Of a stretch of 41,935 bases of DNA, positions 1 to 8,489 are shown in pieces. The notes beneath the pieces were generated by a model that searched no databases, had not been told where the DNA came from, and was given only the letters and a program-made list of their open reading frames with translations. The stretch lies in assembly GCA_937893445.1 (NCBI GenBank), contig CALBFM010000057.1, positions 1-41,935 of the forward strand, read 5' to 3'. This DNA is from an uncultured euryarchaeote. GTDB taxonomy: Archaea; Thermoplasmatota; Poseidoniia; MGIII; CG-Epi1. Every line of letters begins with the position of its first letter. Position 1 is the first letter of the stretch. A program made the translations under genes and the position numbers.

Positions 1-2
1 TG

Positions 3-848
3 GAAGAAGGCAGCGCCTACGAGAGCGCAGGTGGAATCTGGCTCTCTGTTGAACCAGGACAGCACGGCGCACTGCTTGGTACCGAGATTGGTGCTACTCT
101 CTGCGAGTCGGCTACCGCGGTCAACCCCGGCCCGAAGCGGGGTCCGTTCGATTTCATGCTCTGGGGGCCGCTGCAGCCCGGCGGCCGGAGCTGGTCGCCT
201 GACGGAATTTCGCCGGGACGACCGGGGTGGCACCTCGAGTGTACACTGATGGCGTCGCGTGACCCTGGACTGCCACTCGATATCCACTTCGGCGGAGCTG
301 ACTTGGCATATCCGCACCATGAAAGTGAACTGCTGCTGGCAGACACCCTGGGAATGGGTGAATTCTGTCGCACATGGATGCACAATGGACTGATGGAAGA
401 TGCAGACGGCAAACTGTCAAAATCGCACGGAGAACGACTCACGCTGGCGACCGTCTTCGAGGAGTGTCCGTCCGCAGCGCTCCGGTTCTACCTGCTACAA
501 TACCACTACCGTGACTTCACCCCTTTCAGTGAGGCGGCACTGAAACAAGCGTGTGCCGAGGGGGAGCAGCTTGGCTGGACCGCTGCCGAAGTGTTGGCGT
601 CCGGCGGCGAGGGGGACCCACACAAAGACACACAATTAGTGAACGGCGAACAAGTCACGGAAGCACTGCTGGCGCGATTCGAGGCGAGCATGGACGACGA
701 CTTTGATACACCACAGGCGATGGCAGTTCTGCGTGAGCTGGACACGCTAGCACGCGAGTGGATTGACAACGGAAACGAAATAGGGGCAGTGGCTGCACTT
801 TATCGCGTCTTCCAGCGTGCGCTAGGGGTGTTCCAGTGGCCCGCGTAG
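3..848 (+). CDS. cysS: Cysteinyl-tRNA synthetase, C-terminal part (5' end lies outside the window)
   Basis: The frame is open from the window edge. Motifs present: GRPGWHLEC, DIHFGGADLAYPHHESE and KLSKSHG (KMSKS-type), followed by an anticodon-binding-like helical tail. The listed ORF 156..848 is only the part after an internal Met. Confidence 0.9.
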   Translation, partial: EEGSAYESAGGIWLSVEPGQHGALLGTEIGATLCESATAVNPGPKRGPFDFMLWGPLQPGGRSWSPDGISPGRPGWHLECTLMASRDPGLPLDIHFGGADLAYPHHESELLLADTLGMGEFCRTWMHNGLMEDADGKLSKSHGERLTLATVFEECPSAALRFYLLQYHYRDFTPFSEAALKQACAEGEQLGWTAAEVLASGGEGDPHKDTQLVNGEQVTEALLARFEASMDDDFDTPQAMAVLRELDTLAREWIDNGNEIGAVAALYRVFQRALGVFQWPA

Positions 849-1453
849 AGCAGTTCCAGGTTGGGCCGATGGCCAACTTTGCCTACCTGCTCGGCTGTGA
901 AGAAACACGTGTCGCGGCGCTAATTGACCCTTGCTTCGAGCCAGAAAGGCTGGTCACAAATGCCAAAGAGCTGGGCTACCGCGTCGAGTGGGTAATCAAC
1001 ACCCACGGACACCATGATCATGTCAACGGCAATGACCGTGCAATCGAGCTGACGGGCGCAAAAGTAGCAGCGCATAGCAAAGCAATATTTCACGTCAACC
1101 AGTATTTAAATCACGGTGACACGCTACAGGTCGGTAATATTACGGTTGAAGTACTGCACACACCGGGCCACGCGCACGATTCAGTCTGCCTAGTGGCCGA
1201 TAGGCATCTGTTCACCGGTGACACGCTTTTTGTCGGCGAGTGCGGTCGAACCGACCTGCCCGGCAGTGATTCTCGGCAGATGCACCACTCGCTCTTCGAG
1301 GTGCTGGCGGTGGTGCCAAACACGGCGATTGTGTGGCCCGGTCACGACTACGGCCCGCACCCGTCTTCGACGATGGGCGACGAGCGGCGCAGCAACTACG
1401 TGCTTGAGCCGCGGTCGCTGGAGGAGTTCGTTGCGTTTATGGCAGAGCCATAG
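836..1453 (+). CDS. Metallo-beta-lactamase fold hydrolase (glyoxalase II / ETHE1-like)
   Basis: Contains THGHHDH (HxHxDH zinc motif), HTPGH and GDTLF. The GTG start overlaps the cysS stop. Confidence 0.8.
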   Translation: MARVEQFQVGPMANFAYLLGCEETRVAALIDPCFEPERLVTNAKELGYRVEWVINTHGHHDHVNGNDRAIELTGAKVAAHSKAIFHVNQYLNHGDTLQVGNITVEVLHTPGHAHDSVCLVADRHLFTGDTLFVGECGRTDLPGSDSRQMHHSLFEVLAVVPNTAIVWPGHDYGPHPSSTMGDERRSNYVLEPRSLEEFVAFMAEP

Positions 1454-1917
1454 CGCTCGAGCAGTGCATTAGCGACAGCGCCAGTCGGAATATTCTGCTC
1501 GGTGAGCCAGCCGAACCGTTCGAGCGAGACAGCGACGCCGTCTTCCGTGGGTTTGACTGAGAGCACGCGCGCGAGCGGGATGCGCCAGCCGTCGAGCAGT
1601 AGGGAGTCGGACTCCAGCGCTAGCGAGCGCGGCAGCGCCAGGTATGCCATTGTCAGCGCCAGCAGCGTCAGCGAGGGCAGTGGCGAGTTGCCCTGCAGTA
1701 GGTCGAGGACCAGGATGAAGGTGACCACCAGTGGCATTAGCACCATGTTCACCCCCTTGCGTCGCAGCTCCTCGCTCGCCGGTAGTGTGGTCACCACCGC
1801 TCCCTCTGCCGGCCGCCGCAGTAGCAACATCACATCGAACAGCAGCACCGTTCCCAGCGCAATTTTCAGTAACAGCAGCCAGTCAGTCACGCCATCGCCT
1901 CCGATACCAGCGCCCAT
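1396..1917 (-). CDS. Hypothetical membrane protein (about 3 TM plus a soluble tail)
   Basis: Hydrophobic segments LLLLKIALGTVLLFDVMLLL, VLMPLVVTFILVLDLL and LTLLALTMAYLAL. It overlaps the tmk stop, so it is probably operonic. The 58-nt convergent overlap with the MBL gene leaves the 3' end uncertain. Confidence 0.5.
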   Translation of the reverse strand: MGAGIGGDGVTDWLLLLKIALGTVLLFDVMLLLRRPAEGAVVTTLPASEELRRKGVNMVLMPLVVTFILVLDLLQGNSPLPSLTLLALTMAYLALPRSLALESDSLLLDGWRIPLARVLSVKPTEDGVAVSLERFGWLTEQNIPTGAVANALLERYGSAINATNSSSDRGSST

Positions 1918-2501
1918 ACATCGGCCGCCACAGCTACAGGCGGCCGTGTTGCATCAAGGATGCGCACCAGCGGGTCATCACGCAGCGCGAGATAGGCGGC
2001 GCGGACACGTTCCAGGTGTGGGGCACGTTCGAAGGTATCGGCGACCGAGTGTGAGTGGACTCGCTCGAGCGCCTGTCCTACAGGAAGATCGAACACCAGT
2101 ACGATGGTTGGTGTGGGTGCGAAAGCGTTGACGGCGCGGATGCGCTCCGCAGGAATGCCAGCGGCACATTGGTATGCGAGCGTCGAGTAGTAGTACCGAT
2201 CCATCAGCACGATTTCGCCGCGTTCTAACGCCGGTACAATGCGGGCAGCAACGTGCTCGCGCCGGTCGTCGGCGAAGAGCGTTAGCACTTCCTCGGCATT
2301 TGCGTTACGTTCACCTCGCAGCACTGCCTTCAACTGGCAGCCGTGCGGGCCATCGGTGGGCTCTTTCAGCACGACCACTGCGTGGTCAGCATCGCGCAGT
2401 CGTTGAGCCAGCAGCTGCGCCTGTGTTGACTTGCCGCAGCCGTCAATTCCTTCTAGGTCAATCAGCACACAGTGGCGAGCGCGCGGCTGCTTATGAGCCA
2501 T
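1887..2501 (-). CDS. tmk: Thymidylate kinase
   Basis: P-loop LEGIDGCGKSTQ, plus LKEPTDGP and the DRYYYSTLAYQ motif typical of dTMP kinase. Confidence 0.9.
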   Translation of the reverse strand: MAHKQPRARHCVLIDLEGIDGCGKSTQAQLLAQRLRDADHAVVVLKEPTDGPHGCQLKAVLRGERNANAEEVLTLFADDRREHVAARIVPALERGEIVLMDRYYYSTLAYQCAAGIPAERIRAVNAFAPTPTIVLVFDLPVGQALERVHSHSVADTFERAPHLERVRAAYLALRDDPLVRILDATRPPVAVAADVWALVSEAMA

Positions 2502-2805
2502 CCTGCGCAGACTGCCGCCCGTGGGCCAACGCCCGTTCCTCGACCAGCTGTGGGTTCAGGTTGGGACGGCAATGCCAGTGGAAGTGGTTTGGAAACTCGG
2601 CTGGAAAACGGTCAATGAGGAAGTTACCGCGACCATAGTGCGTGTTGCCATAATCACGCAGTGCGTTGCGCATCTCACGTCGCTGCGTCCGTTGTGGTTC
2701 AAAGGAGTGCTCGTTCCAGAGCAGCAGCGGTAGCTCGCATTCGGGACAGTTGGTGATGCGCCATGCGGCAGTGTCCGCGGGGAGTGTGCAGAGCTTGCAA
2801 TCCAT
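2491..2805 (-). CDS. Small CxxC/CxxC protein with an HxHxH (HIT-like) motif; function unknown
   Basis: MDCKLCTL...NCPEC...NHFHWHCRP. Length and motif spacing resemble HIT nucleotide hydrolases, but the central HIT core is not recognisable. I prefer the ATG at 2805, which lies 26 nt from a TATA-like box. The track start at 2841 is a GTG. The 3' end overlaps the tmk start by 11 nt. Confidence 0.5.
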   Translation of the reverse strand: MDCKLCTLPADTAAWRITNCPECELPLLLWNEHSFEPQRTQRREMRNALRDYGNTHYGRGNFLIDRFPAEFPNHFHWHCRPNLNPQLVEERALAHGRQSAQDGS

Positions 2806-2830
2806 ACCTTGCCGCAGGACAGCATAGCCG

Positions 2831-2837
2831 CTATATC
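2831..2837. promoter_or_regulatory. Single TATA-like box (CTATATC) centred between two divergent start codons
   Basis: It lies 26 nt from the minus-strand ATG at 2805 and 23 nt from the plus-strand ATG at 2860, in a 54-bp spacer. Confidence 0.45.
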
Positions 2838-2859
2838 CCACCTCCTGCCATCAGCGCCG

Positions 2860-3006
2860 ATGGCAGATTTCAAGGCATTCATCAAGGGCAAGCCAGTGAA
2901 ACTGGCGAACTGCTCACATTGTGAAGCCGAATTCTGGGCGCCACAGGAGCTTGACACAGTAATCTGCTCCTCCTGCACCCCCAGTCACGGAGACCAACGC
3001 GACTAA
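2860..3006 (+). CDS. Small zinc-ribbon protein (48 aa)
   Basis: MADFKAFIKGKPVKLANCSHCEAEFWAPQELDTVICSSCTP contains two CxxC pairs. The internal ATG at 2860 is preferred over 2809 because of the TATA spacing and because it avoids overlap with the divergent gene. Confidence 0.45.
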   Translation: MADFKAFIKGKPVKLANCSHCEAEFWAPQELDTVICSSCTPSHGDQRD

Positions 3007-3028
3007 AACAAGGCGCTACTGACCCAGC

Positions 3029-5344
3029 GTGCCAGTCAACCGCCTGCGCGTAACAGCGAACATGTTCATCGCACTACTTCTCGTCGCGAGCCTACCTCTT
3101 GCCAGTGCGAGTGAGGACGATGACCCTGCTCCCGGAAACGGGGAAATGTGGGCCTATGGCACGATGCAGAACGGGAATGGTGGACTCTCAGCAAACGAGA
3201 GCAAGGCAGCTGCTGGAGAGGGAAACTGGGACGGTGGTTCGACCGATTTGGCGTATGAGAGTGAACATCTCTCCGGTGACGTCCAGTTGGACGAGGACAT
3301 AGTCCACGTTCGCCTACACTTGGAACGGACCTGCCTCGTCTCTTCGTGCAACAGTGCCGATGTCCGGCTTTTCGTTAATGACACGATAGTCTCTGAGGCT
3401 CAGCTGACGGCTGGCGGCAATGGCATCTATGAGGCGGACCTGACCATCACGCAGGATGAAGGAATCATCCGACACAACACTACAATCCGCCTCGAATTTT
3501 CTTGGACAAGACCCGCTGACACGACCGATGAGACGCTCTACGATGGAGCAAACGAGACTGGCGTGACTTTCTATGTTGCAGATTACCTTCCCTTTGTGCC
3601 AAATCCTCCCCCAATAGAGCCAGAGCCTACTGAGAATTCAAGGAGACACACAAGTGGCCTAATTTTCCTTCCATTCATCATAGTCGCCCTGGGTATGACT
3701 TTCTATATCTTTCAGCAACCAAGGAGGTCTGAGACAGGTCTGGAGGTAGAAGGATCCAGTGTGGAAGAAACAATCGTTTGGGATGATGATTCTGACCAAT
3801 TGAGCTTTACTACTAATTGGAAGCTCAGGGCCACAAGCCTTTGTGCGTTATACACGGCCCAAGGAATTCCTTCCGGATTCATTTCCTATACCCTAATCGC
3901 TTTTTTTGCAGAGAGGGGGTACAGCGCTGCGGCCATTGGAAACATGCTCTTCTGGGTATACCTGCCATGGGTTTTCAAGTTCTTGTGGGGTCCCTTCGTC
4001 GACACCTATCATTACTTGCCGATGGGGAGGCGCAGACCATGGATACTGACGGCCCAAACTGGAATGATACTAACTGTTTTCATCATAGTCTTCATACCTT
4101 CTGTCGAAGAGAAAATCTTCCTTCTGACATTTTTGCTATTCATTCATAATTTATTCGCTTCTTTACAGGATGTGGCTGTCGATGGTCTGGCTGTCGATAT
4201 CCTCAGTCCCGAGGAGTTCGGAAAAATCAATGGATTTATGTTTGGTGCCAAACGTTTTGGTACTATGATAGGAGGCGCTGGAATAGGTGTGTTGATTGGC
4301 TCTTGGGGCATACGCGGCGGAATTTTCCTCATGGTACCCATGCTCGCAATGATTATGTGTTTGCCATTGTTCTTTAGGGAACGACCCGGTGAGAAATTAT
4401 TGCCTTGGACGGAAGGAGAAGCTGTAATCAAGAGTTCAAAATCTGAAAATTCAAAAGAAACCGGAAAAATGAAGGATCCGGGATATGTGAGGGGGGAACT
4501 TAGTAACGAGAATCTGATTAAGGCCTTACTGATTGACTTTGCACTGTTGATCTTCATATTCTTATTCCTTAAACTAACAATTGGGGACATTGAAGTGCCA
4601 ATTCTTGGAGAGGTGCCCCCTCATTGGTCAGTCTGGTTGATTGTATTAGCCTCCTGGGGTTACTTCTTCTATTGGGCTCCCGTGGAAGAGTGGGACTCTT
4701 TCGGTATGCAGTTCTTCAGCCTGTCCAGAGAAAGAAGTGATATCGTGAAGGCCTTGTCCCTTAAGGCACCACTTATCGGTATACTCCTGGCGATGTTGAC
4801 TTACTTCTGGGAATTCTTGATTCCCGTGCTGAATGTCCTGTTCATACAGCAATTGGGATGGACTGACACTGAGTATGTGAAAATTACTGGCGGTCTGGCT
4901 GTGGCAACTGCGATTGGTGGAACGTTGCTTGGTGGAATTATTGCCGACTGGTTTGGAGCACGGCGCGTTGCTAGCTTATTTGCTGTCTTGACAGGGCTTT
5001 CAATCTTCACCATAGCCCTCGCAGAGCCACTGTGGAACAACAGGGCTGTTATGACCTTCCTGATTGTGTTATATCCTTTCCTGGGGGCTGCAATGGGGAT
5101 TTCTCTAATATCTTTGTTCATGAACGTTACGTGGCCAAGGGTCGGCGCCACTCAGTTCACATTATATATGGCTCTTCTGAATTTTGGGGCTCTGTTTGGT
5201 CTGAAAATGGCAGGCTATTTTGAGGAAAATTTCGATTACACTAGTACTATAATGATTGGGGGGGCTTGTCAATTGATGATTGCCTTCGTCCTACCGTTTA
5301 TAGACCCAGGCCAGACTCGCAGGGAACTGGGGAACGAATTCTGA
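3029..5344 (+). CDS. AmpG/PAT-family MFS permease fused to an N-terminal exported domain
   Basis: Signal peptide MFIALLLVASLPLASA, then an acidic exported domain of about 190 aa, then one TM and an MFS body. The body carries FKFLWGPFVDTYHYLPMGRRRPWILTAQ, which matches the AmpG-type signature as I remember it. A long hydrophilic insert separates the two MFS halves. Confidence 0.75.
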   Translation: MPVNRLRVTANMFIALLLVASLPLASASEDDDPAPGNGEMWAYGTMQNGNGGLSANESKAAAGEGNWDGGSTDLAYESEHLSGDVQLDEDIVHVRLHLERTCLVSSCNSADVRLFVNDTIVSEAQLTAGGNGIYEADLTITQDEGIIRHNTTIRLEFSWTRPADTTDETLYDGANETGVTFYVADYLPFVPNPPPIEPEPTENSRRHTSGLIFLPFIIVALGMTFYIFQQPRRSETGLEVEGSSVEETIVWDDDSDQLSFTTNWKLRATSLCALYTAQGIPSGFISYTLIAFFAERGYSAAAIGNMLFWVYLPWVFKFLWGPFVDTYHYLPMGRRRPWILTAQTGMILTVFIIVFIPSVEEKIFLLTFLLFIHNLFASLQDVAVDGLAVDILSPEEFGKINGFMFGAKRFGTMIGGAGIGVLIGSWGIRGGIFLMVPMLAMIMCLPLFFRERPGEKLLPWTEGEAVIKSSKSENSKETGKMKDPGYVRGELSNENLIKALLIDFALLIFIFLFLKLTIGDIEVPILGEVPPHWSVWLIVLASWGYFFYWAPVEEWDSFGMQFFSLSRERSDIVKALSLKAPLIGILLAMLTYFWEFLIPVLNVLFIQQLGWTDTEYVKITGGLAVATAIGGTLLGGIIADWFGARRVASLFAVLTGLSIFTIALAEPLWNNRAVMTFLIVLYPFLGAAMGISLISLFMNVTWPRVGATQFTLYMALLNFGALFGLKMAGYFEENFDYTSTIMIGGACQLMIAFVLPFIDPGQTRRELGNEF

Positions 5345-5346
5345 TT

Positions 5347-5979
5347 ATGAAGCCAGTCGCTATTACACTCAGCCAGGAGAAATACATGAAGAATTATGCG
5401 GCGTGGCTGGCGGAGGCAGGCTTTGCCGCCGAACGCATTACCAGTGTAGAAGAACTGGAAAAATACTCGTTGCTAGTCCTCTCGGGCGGCGGGGATATGA
5501 CGCCTGGCAGTGGTGCGTTCCAGGGCAAGGTTGACGAATCACGTTTGCGACACCCGAAGCCAGAGCGCGATGAGCTGGAGCTGGCGCTGCTTGCATCCGC
5601 ACGAGAACGAAAGATGCCGGTTCTCGGTATCTGCCGCGGTATGCAGGTTCTCAACGTTGCCTGTGGCGGAACGTTATGGCCGGACATCAGTGACGGTGGC
5701 TTCGAGACCGCAGCGCACACTGGAGGGACGAAAGATACTGATGACGTCCACCATTGGGTTGAGATGGCTGGAACTGATTTCGAAGTGACCAGTCACCACC
5801 ATCAAGGGGTACGCGACTTGGGTAATGAGCTAAAAGTCATATCGAGTGCAGAAGACGGCATGGTTGAGGCATTCAAACACAACGAATTGCCGTGGCTAGG
5901 GGTGCAATGGCATCCAGAGCGTACACCTGACGGTGCGGGGCGGAGCCTGATGCAGGAATGGTTACGAACGCAATGCTGA
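5347..5979 (+). CDS. Class I glutamine amidotransferase-like / peptidase C26 gamma-glutamyl hydrolase family protein
   Basis: Contains GICRGMQVLNVACGG (nucleophile Cys), HHQGV and VQWHPE. The start is taken at MKPVAITL, 2 nt after the upstream stop. The track ORF begins earlier, inside the upstream gene. Confidence 0.8.
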   Translation: MKPVAITLSQEKYMKNYAAWLAEAGFAAERITSVEELEKYSLLVLSGGGDMTPGSGAFQGKVDESRLRHPKPERDELELALLASARERKMPVLGICRGMQVLNVACGGTLWPDISDGGFETAAHTGGTKDTDDVHHWVEMAGTDFEVTSHHHQGVRDLGNELKVISSAEDGMVEAFKHNELPWLGVQWHPERTPDGAGRSLMQEWLRTQC

Positions 5980-6815
5980 CCGCGGCGCTTCTCGGCTCGG
6001 CACAGGACGGAGGAGTCCCACAGGCAGGGTGTCACTGCACCCACTGCGCTGCTGCAATCGCTGACCGAAGGTTTGAGCGGATGCCTGTCTCGCTTGCCCT
6101 CCAATCCCCAAGTGGGATACAGCTGTTCGAAGCGACGCGCTCTCTGTCACGCCAGCTAGCTTTGGCCGGGGCGCAGACGCCAACTGCGATATGGCTGACA
6201 CATGCGCACCTCGGCCATATTGACGGGCTGGGGCAGTTCGGTACAGAGGCGATGAATACCCAAGGAATACCGCTACACTGTTCTCCGGCAGTCGCAGATA
6301 TTATACGCACGACACCAGTCTGGCGCACGCTGCTAGATCAGGGCAACCTGCTGCTCCAAGAATTCTGTAGTGATGAGCCGGTCGAGTGCGGAGGCTTCAC
6401 GGTCACACCACTGGAGGTGCCACATCGCGACGACCTGAGCGACATGCACGCATTACAGGTAGACGCAGAACAAAAATTGCTATTCCTGCCCGACCACGAT
6501 AGCTGGGGCGCAACGCTAGCAGCAGTCGACGCCACTGACCCACGCGACTGGTTCCAGCAGTTGGGCATTGATATCGTGCTGCTCGACGGCACTTTCTGGT
6601 CTTCCGACGAACTGCCGCGACAGTCGGAGGTGCCGCACCCGCCGGTACGCGAAACGCTGGAATTACTCGGCATGCGGCAGGAGGACGACCCGCGCGTTGT
6701 CTTTATCCACCTGAACCACACCAACCCGCTCTGCAACCCCGAATCCGTGGAGTCAACCATACTGACACGCTTCGGCTGGGAAACGGGGCGGGAAGGAATG
6801 TCCTTCCAGCTCTAA
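5973..6815 (+). CDS. PqqB-like metallo-beta-lactamase fold protein
   Basis: N-terminus LLGSAQDGGVPQAGCHCTHC resembles the PqqB pattern LGSAAGGGFPQWNCNCxNC. THAHLGHIDG is also present. The start could instead be 5958. Confidence 0.7.
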   Translation: MLTAALLGSAQDGGVPQAGCHCTHCAAAIADRRFERMPVSLALQSPSGIQLFEATRSLSRQLALAGAQTPTAIWLTHAHLGHIDGLGQFGTEAMNTQGIPLHCSPAVADIIRTTPVWRTLLDQGNLLLQEFCSDEPVECGGFTVTPLEVPHRDDLSDMHALQVDAEQKLLFLPDHDSWGATLAAVDATDPRDWFQQLGIDIVLLDGTFWSSDELPRQSEVPHPPVRETLELLGMRQEDDPRVVFIHLNHTNPLCNPESVESTILTRFGWETGREGMSFQL

Positions 6816-7144
6816 CCCCGCGGCCAGTTCCCGAGTTCAGTGCGGTAGAGCCGCTCGGCGGCGCCCGTGAAGCGGTAGTTGCGGTGAATAAGCTCAAGGG
6901 TCGCTTTCTCGATTGGGCTGAACCACCCGGTCCCGCTGACGATGGCCATGATTTCTTGCAGGTCGCTGCGCGAGATGCGGCCGTCGCCATACCCTGCGAC
7001 CGCGCCCTCGGCGGCGCAGAGCAGTTCCAGATCGAGCGGCTTCATGCGCTGGCGACAACTCGAGCAGTAGCCATAGCTGCGCTGGAAAACCTGCCCGATT
7101 TCGAACTGGTCGCCACAATTCCCGCAGTCAATCCAGTCACTCAC
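6812..7144 (-). CDS. Hypothetical zinc-ribbon protein with a helical C-terminal domain
   Basis: CGNCG...CSSC ribbon. I prefer the GTG start at 7144, which is 24 nt from the T-rich TATA-like box at 7168-7175. The track start is 7186. Confidence 0.5.
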   Translation of the reverse strand: MSDWIDCGNCGDQFEIGQVFQRSYGYCSSCRQRMKPLDLELLCAAEGAVAGYGDGRISRSDLQEIMAIVSGTGWFSPIEKATLELIHRNYRFTGAAERLYRTELGNWPRG

Positions 7145-7167
7145 AGTGTGTGGTTGTCTAGGGTGGG

Positions 7168-7175
7168 ATAAAAAA
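7168..7175 (-). promoter_or_regulatory. TATA-like box (TTTTTTAT on the minus strand); the T-run could also terminate the upstream reductase gene
   Basis: Located 24 nt upstream of the GTG at 7144 and 55 nt downstream of the reductase stop. Confidence 0.4.
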
Positions 7176-7229
7176 CCACAGGCCACTTCAGACGTTTAAC
7201 TACGTAATTGTGCGTAATGCCGCAGAATG

Positions 7230-8489
7230 TTACCACCCATATTTCTCCGTAATCTTGAGGCTGGCCTTGATTTTAAGCAGTTTGCGCGCCATTGGAGCCA
7301 AGTCAGGGTTACGCACAAGCACAGCTAGCATCTTGAGCCACGGCAGGTCGGAGTAGTTACGGCCGTCGTAAATTTCGCCAATCAGATTAAGGACTCTTTC
7401 GTCGAGCGAGTAAATCAGTTTTGACTCATCAACGAAAACTTGCTGGGTCCAGGGCTGTCGCTTCAGAATGCGGTCGTACCAGACATGTGGTTCCAGCTCC
7501 GGGTGCAGTGCCTTGCCGACGCGCTCCCAGTAGCGGCCTCGCAACTCGTGGGTGTTGGTAGCGTGTGACGGCGGCTCTAGCTTCCCGCTGCCAAGGGCGT
7601 TCTGAATGGCGATGGCGGCATATTCTCCAGATAGCATCCCGACGTGGACGCCACCCTTAGTGATAGGGTTTGTCAGTCCGGCTGAGTCCCCAACGACGTA
7701 GGCGCCATGTGTCGCGAACTGCGGGATGGGGCCATCACGCGGAATCAGTCCGCCATTTTGCCGGTCACCTAGGTCGTTAGGGATGCGCTGGTCCGGGTCA
7801 ACGTGCATCTGCTCGCGGCAGAAATGCTCGAGCCCTTCCTTGGCGCCGTTGGTCGCGACAATGCCGACGTTGAAAATATCATCGCGCGGAAAGACCCAGA
7901 CGTAGCCGTTGGCGTAGCGGGGGTTGATGTAGAAATCAAAATAGTCGGTATCTGGGAAGTCGACATCGCTGGTGCGAAACTTGTACTGGAGGCCTGGCAG
8001 CAGCCGTAGCTTGTTGTTGCCTTTGAGGCCAACTTGTGTTACCAGTACAGGGATGCGCCCTTCGGCAATCACTAGCTGTTGCGCCTGCGCCACCTGCTGG
8101 TTCTTGGATGTGAGATTCCAGTGTCCATTCTCGCGGCTGACCCTCGTAACGCGAACGTCCTCGTGCCGCTCGGCTCCGGCGCTGACTGCGTCATCGGAGA
8201 TGGTTCGGTCGAGTCCCCAACGGTGGATTGAGTAGCCGGGTGACATCAGCCCCACCGACTTGCCGTTGGGCATGCGGATACGGTTGCCCTTCACTTCACG
8301 GATAGCCCAGTCGCCGACAGGGTAGTTCGTGTGCTCGAGCGCGATACGCCCCAGCCCCTCGCCGCAATGAATAGGGTCTCCCACCCTTTTCTTCCTCTCA
8401 AAAGTGACTACAGAATGCCCCGCTTCGGCAAGGCGGAGTGCTGCTATTCCGCCCGCGGGACCCTGCCCCACGATGGCCACATCATGCAT
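7230..8489 (-). CDS. Geranylgeranyl reductase family FAD-dependent oxidoreductase (archaeal lipid saturation)
   Basis: N-terminal dinucleotide fold DVAIVGQGPAGGIAALRLAEAG, then HCGEGL and VGDSAG. Length is 419 aa. A TATA-like TTTTTAA (8511-8517, minus strand) lies 22 nt upstream of the ATG. Confidence 0.85.
   Translation of the reverse strand: MHDVAIVGQGPAGGIAALRLAEAGHSVVTFERKKRVGDPIHCGEGLGRIALEHTNYPVGDWAIREVKGNRIRMPNGKSVGLMSPGYSIHRWGLDRTISDDAVSAGAERHEDVRVTRVSRENGHWNLTSKNQQVAQAQQLVIAEGRIPVLVTQVGLKGNNKLRLLPGLQYKFRTSDVDFPDTDYFDFYINPRYANGYVWVFPRDDIFNVGIVATNGAKEGLEHFCREQMHVDPDQRIPNDLGDRQNGGLIPRDGPIPQFATHGAYVVGDSAGLTNPITKGGVHVGMLSGEYAAIAIQNALGSGKLEPPSHATNTHELRGRYWERVGKALHPELEPHVWYDRILKRQPWTQQVFVDESKLIYSLDERVLNLIGEIYDGRNYSDLPWLKMLAVLVRNPDLAPMARKLLKIKASLKITEKYGW

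Noticed and set aside
1502-2131. 209-aa plus-strand ORF antisense to tmk and the membrane protein.
   Set aside because: It has a Ser/Arg/Pro-rich low-complexity translation typical of a shadow frame in GC-rich coding DNA. The opposite strand carries a clear thymidylate kinase.
2556-2978. 140-aa minus-strand ORF overlapping the HIT-like and zinc-ribbon ORFs.
   Set aside because: Its composition is Ser/Thr/Ala-rich with no motifs. It spans the TATA-containing divergent spacer, and the two shorter ORFs give more protein-like sequences.
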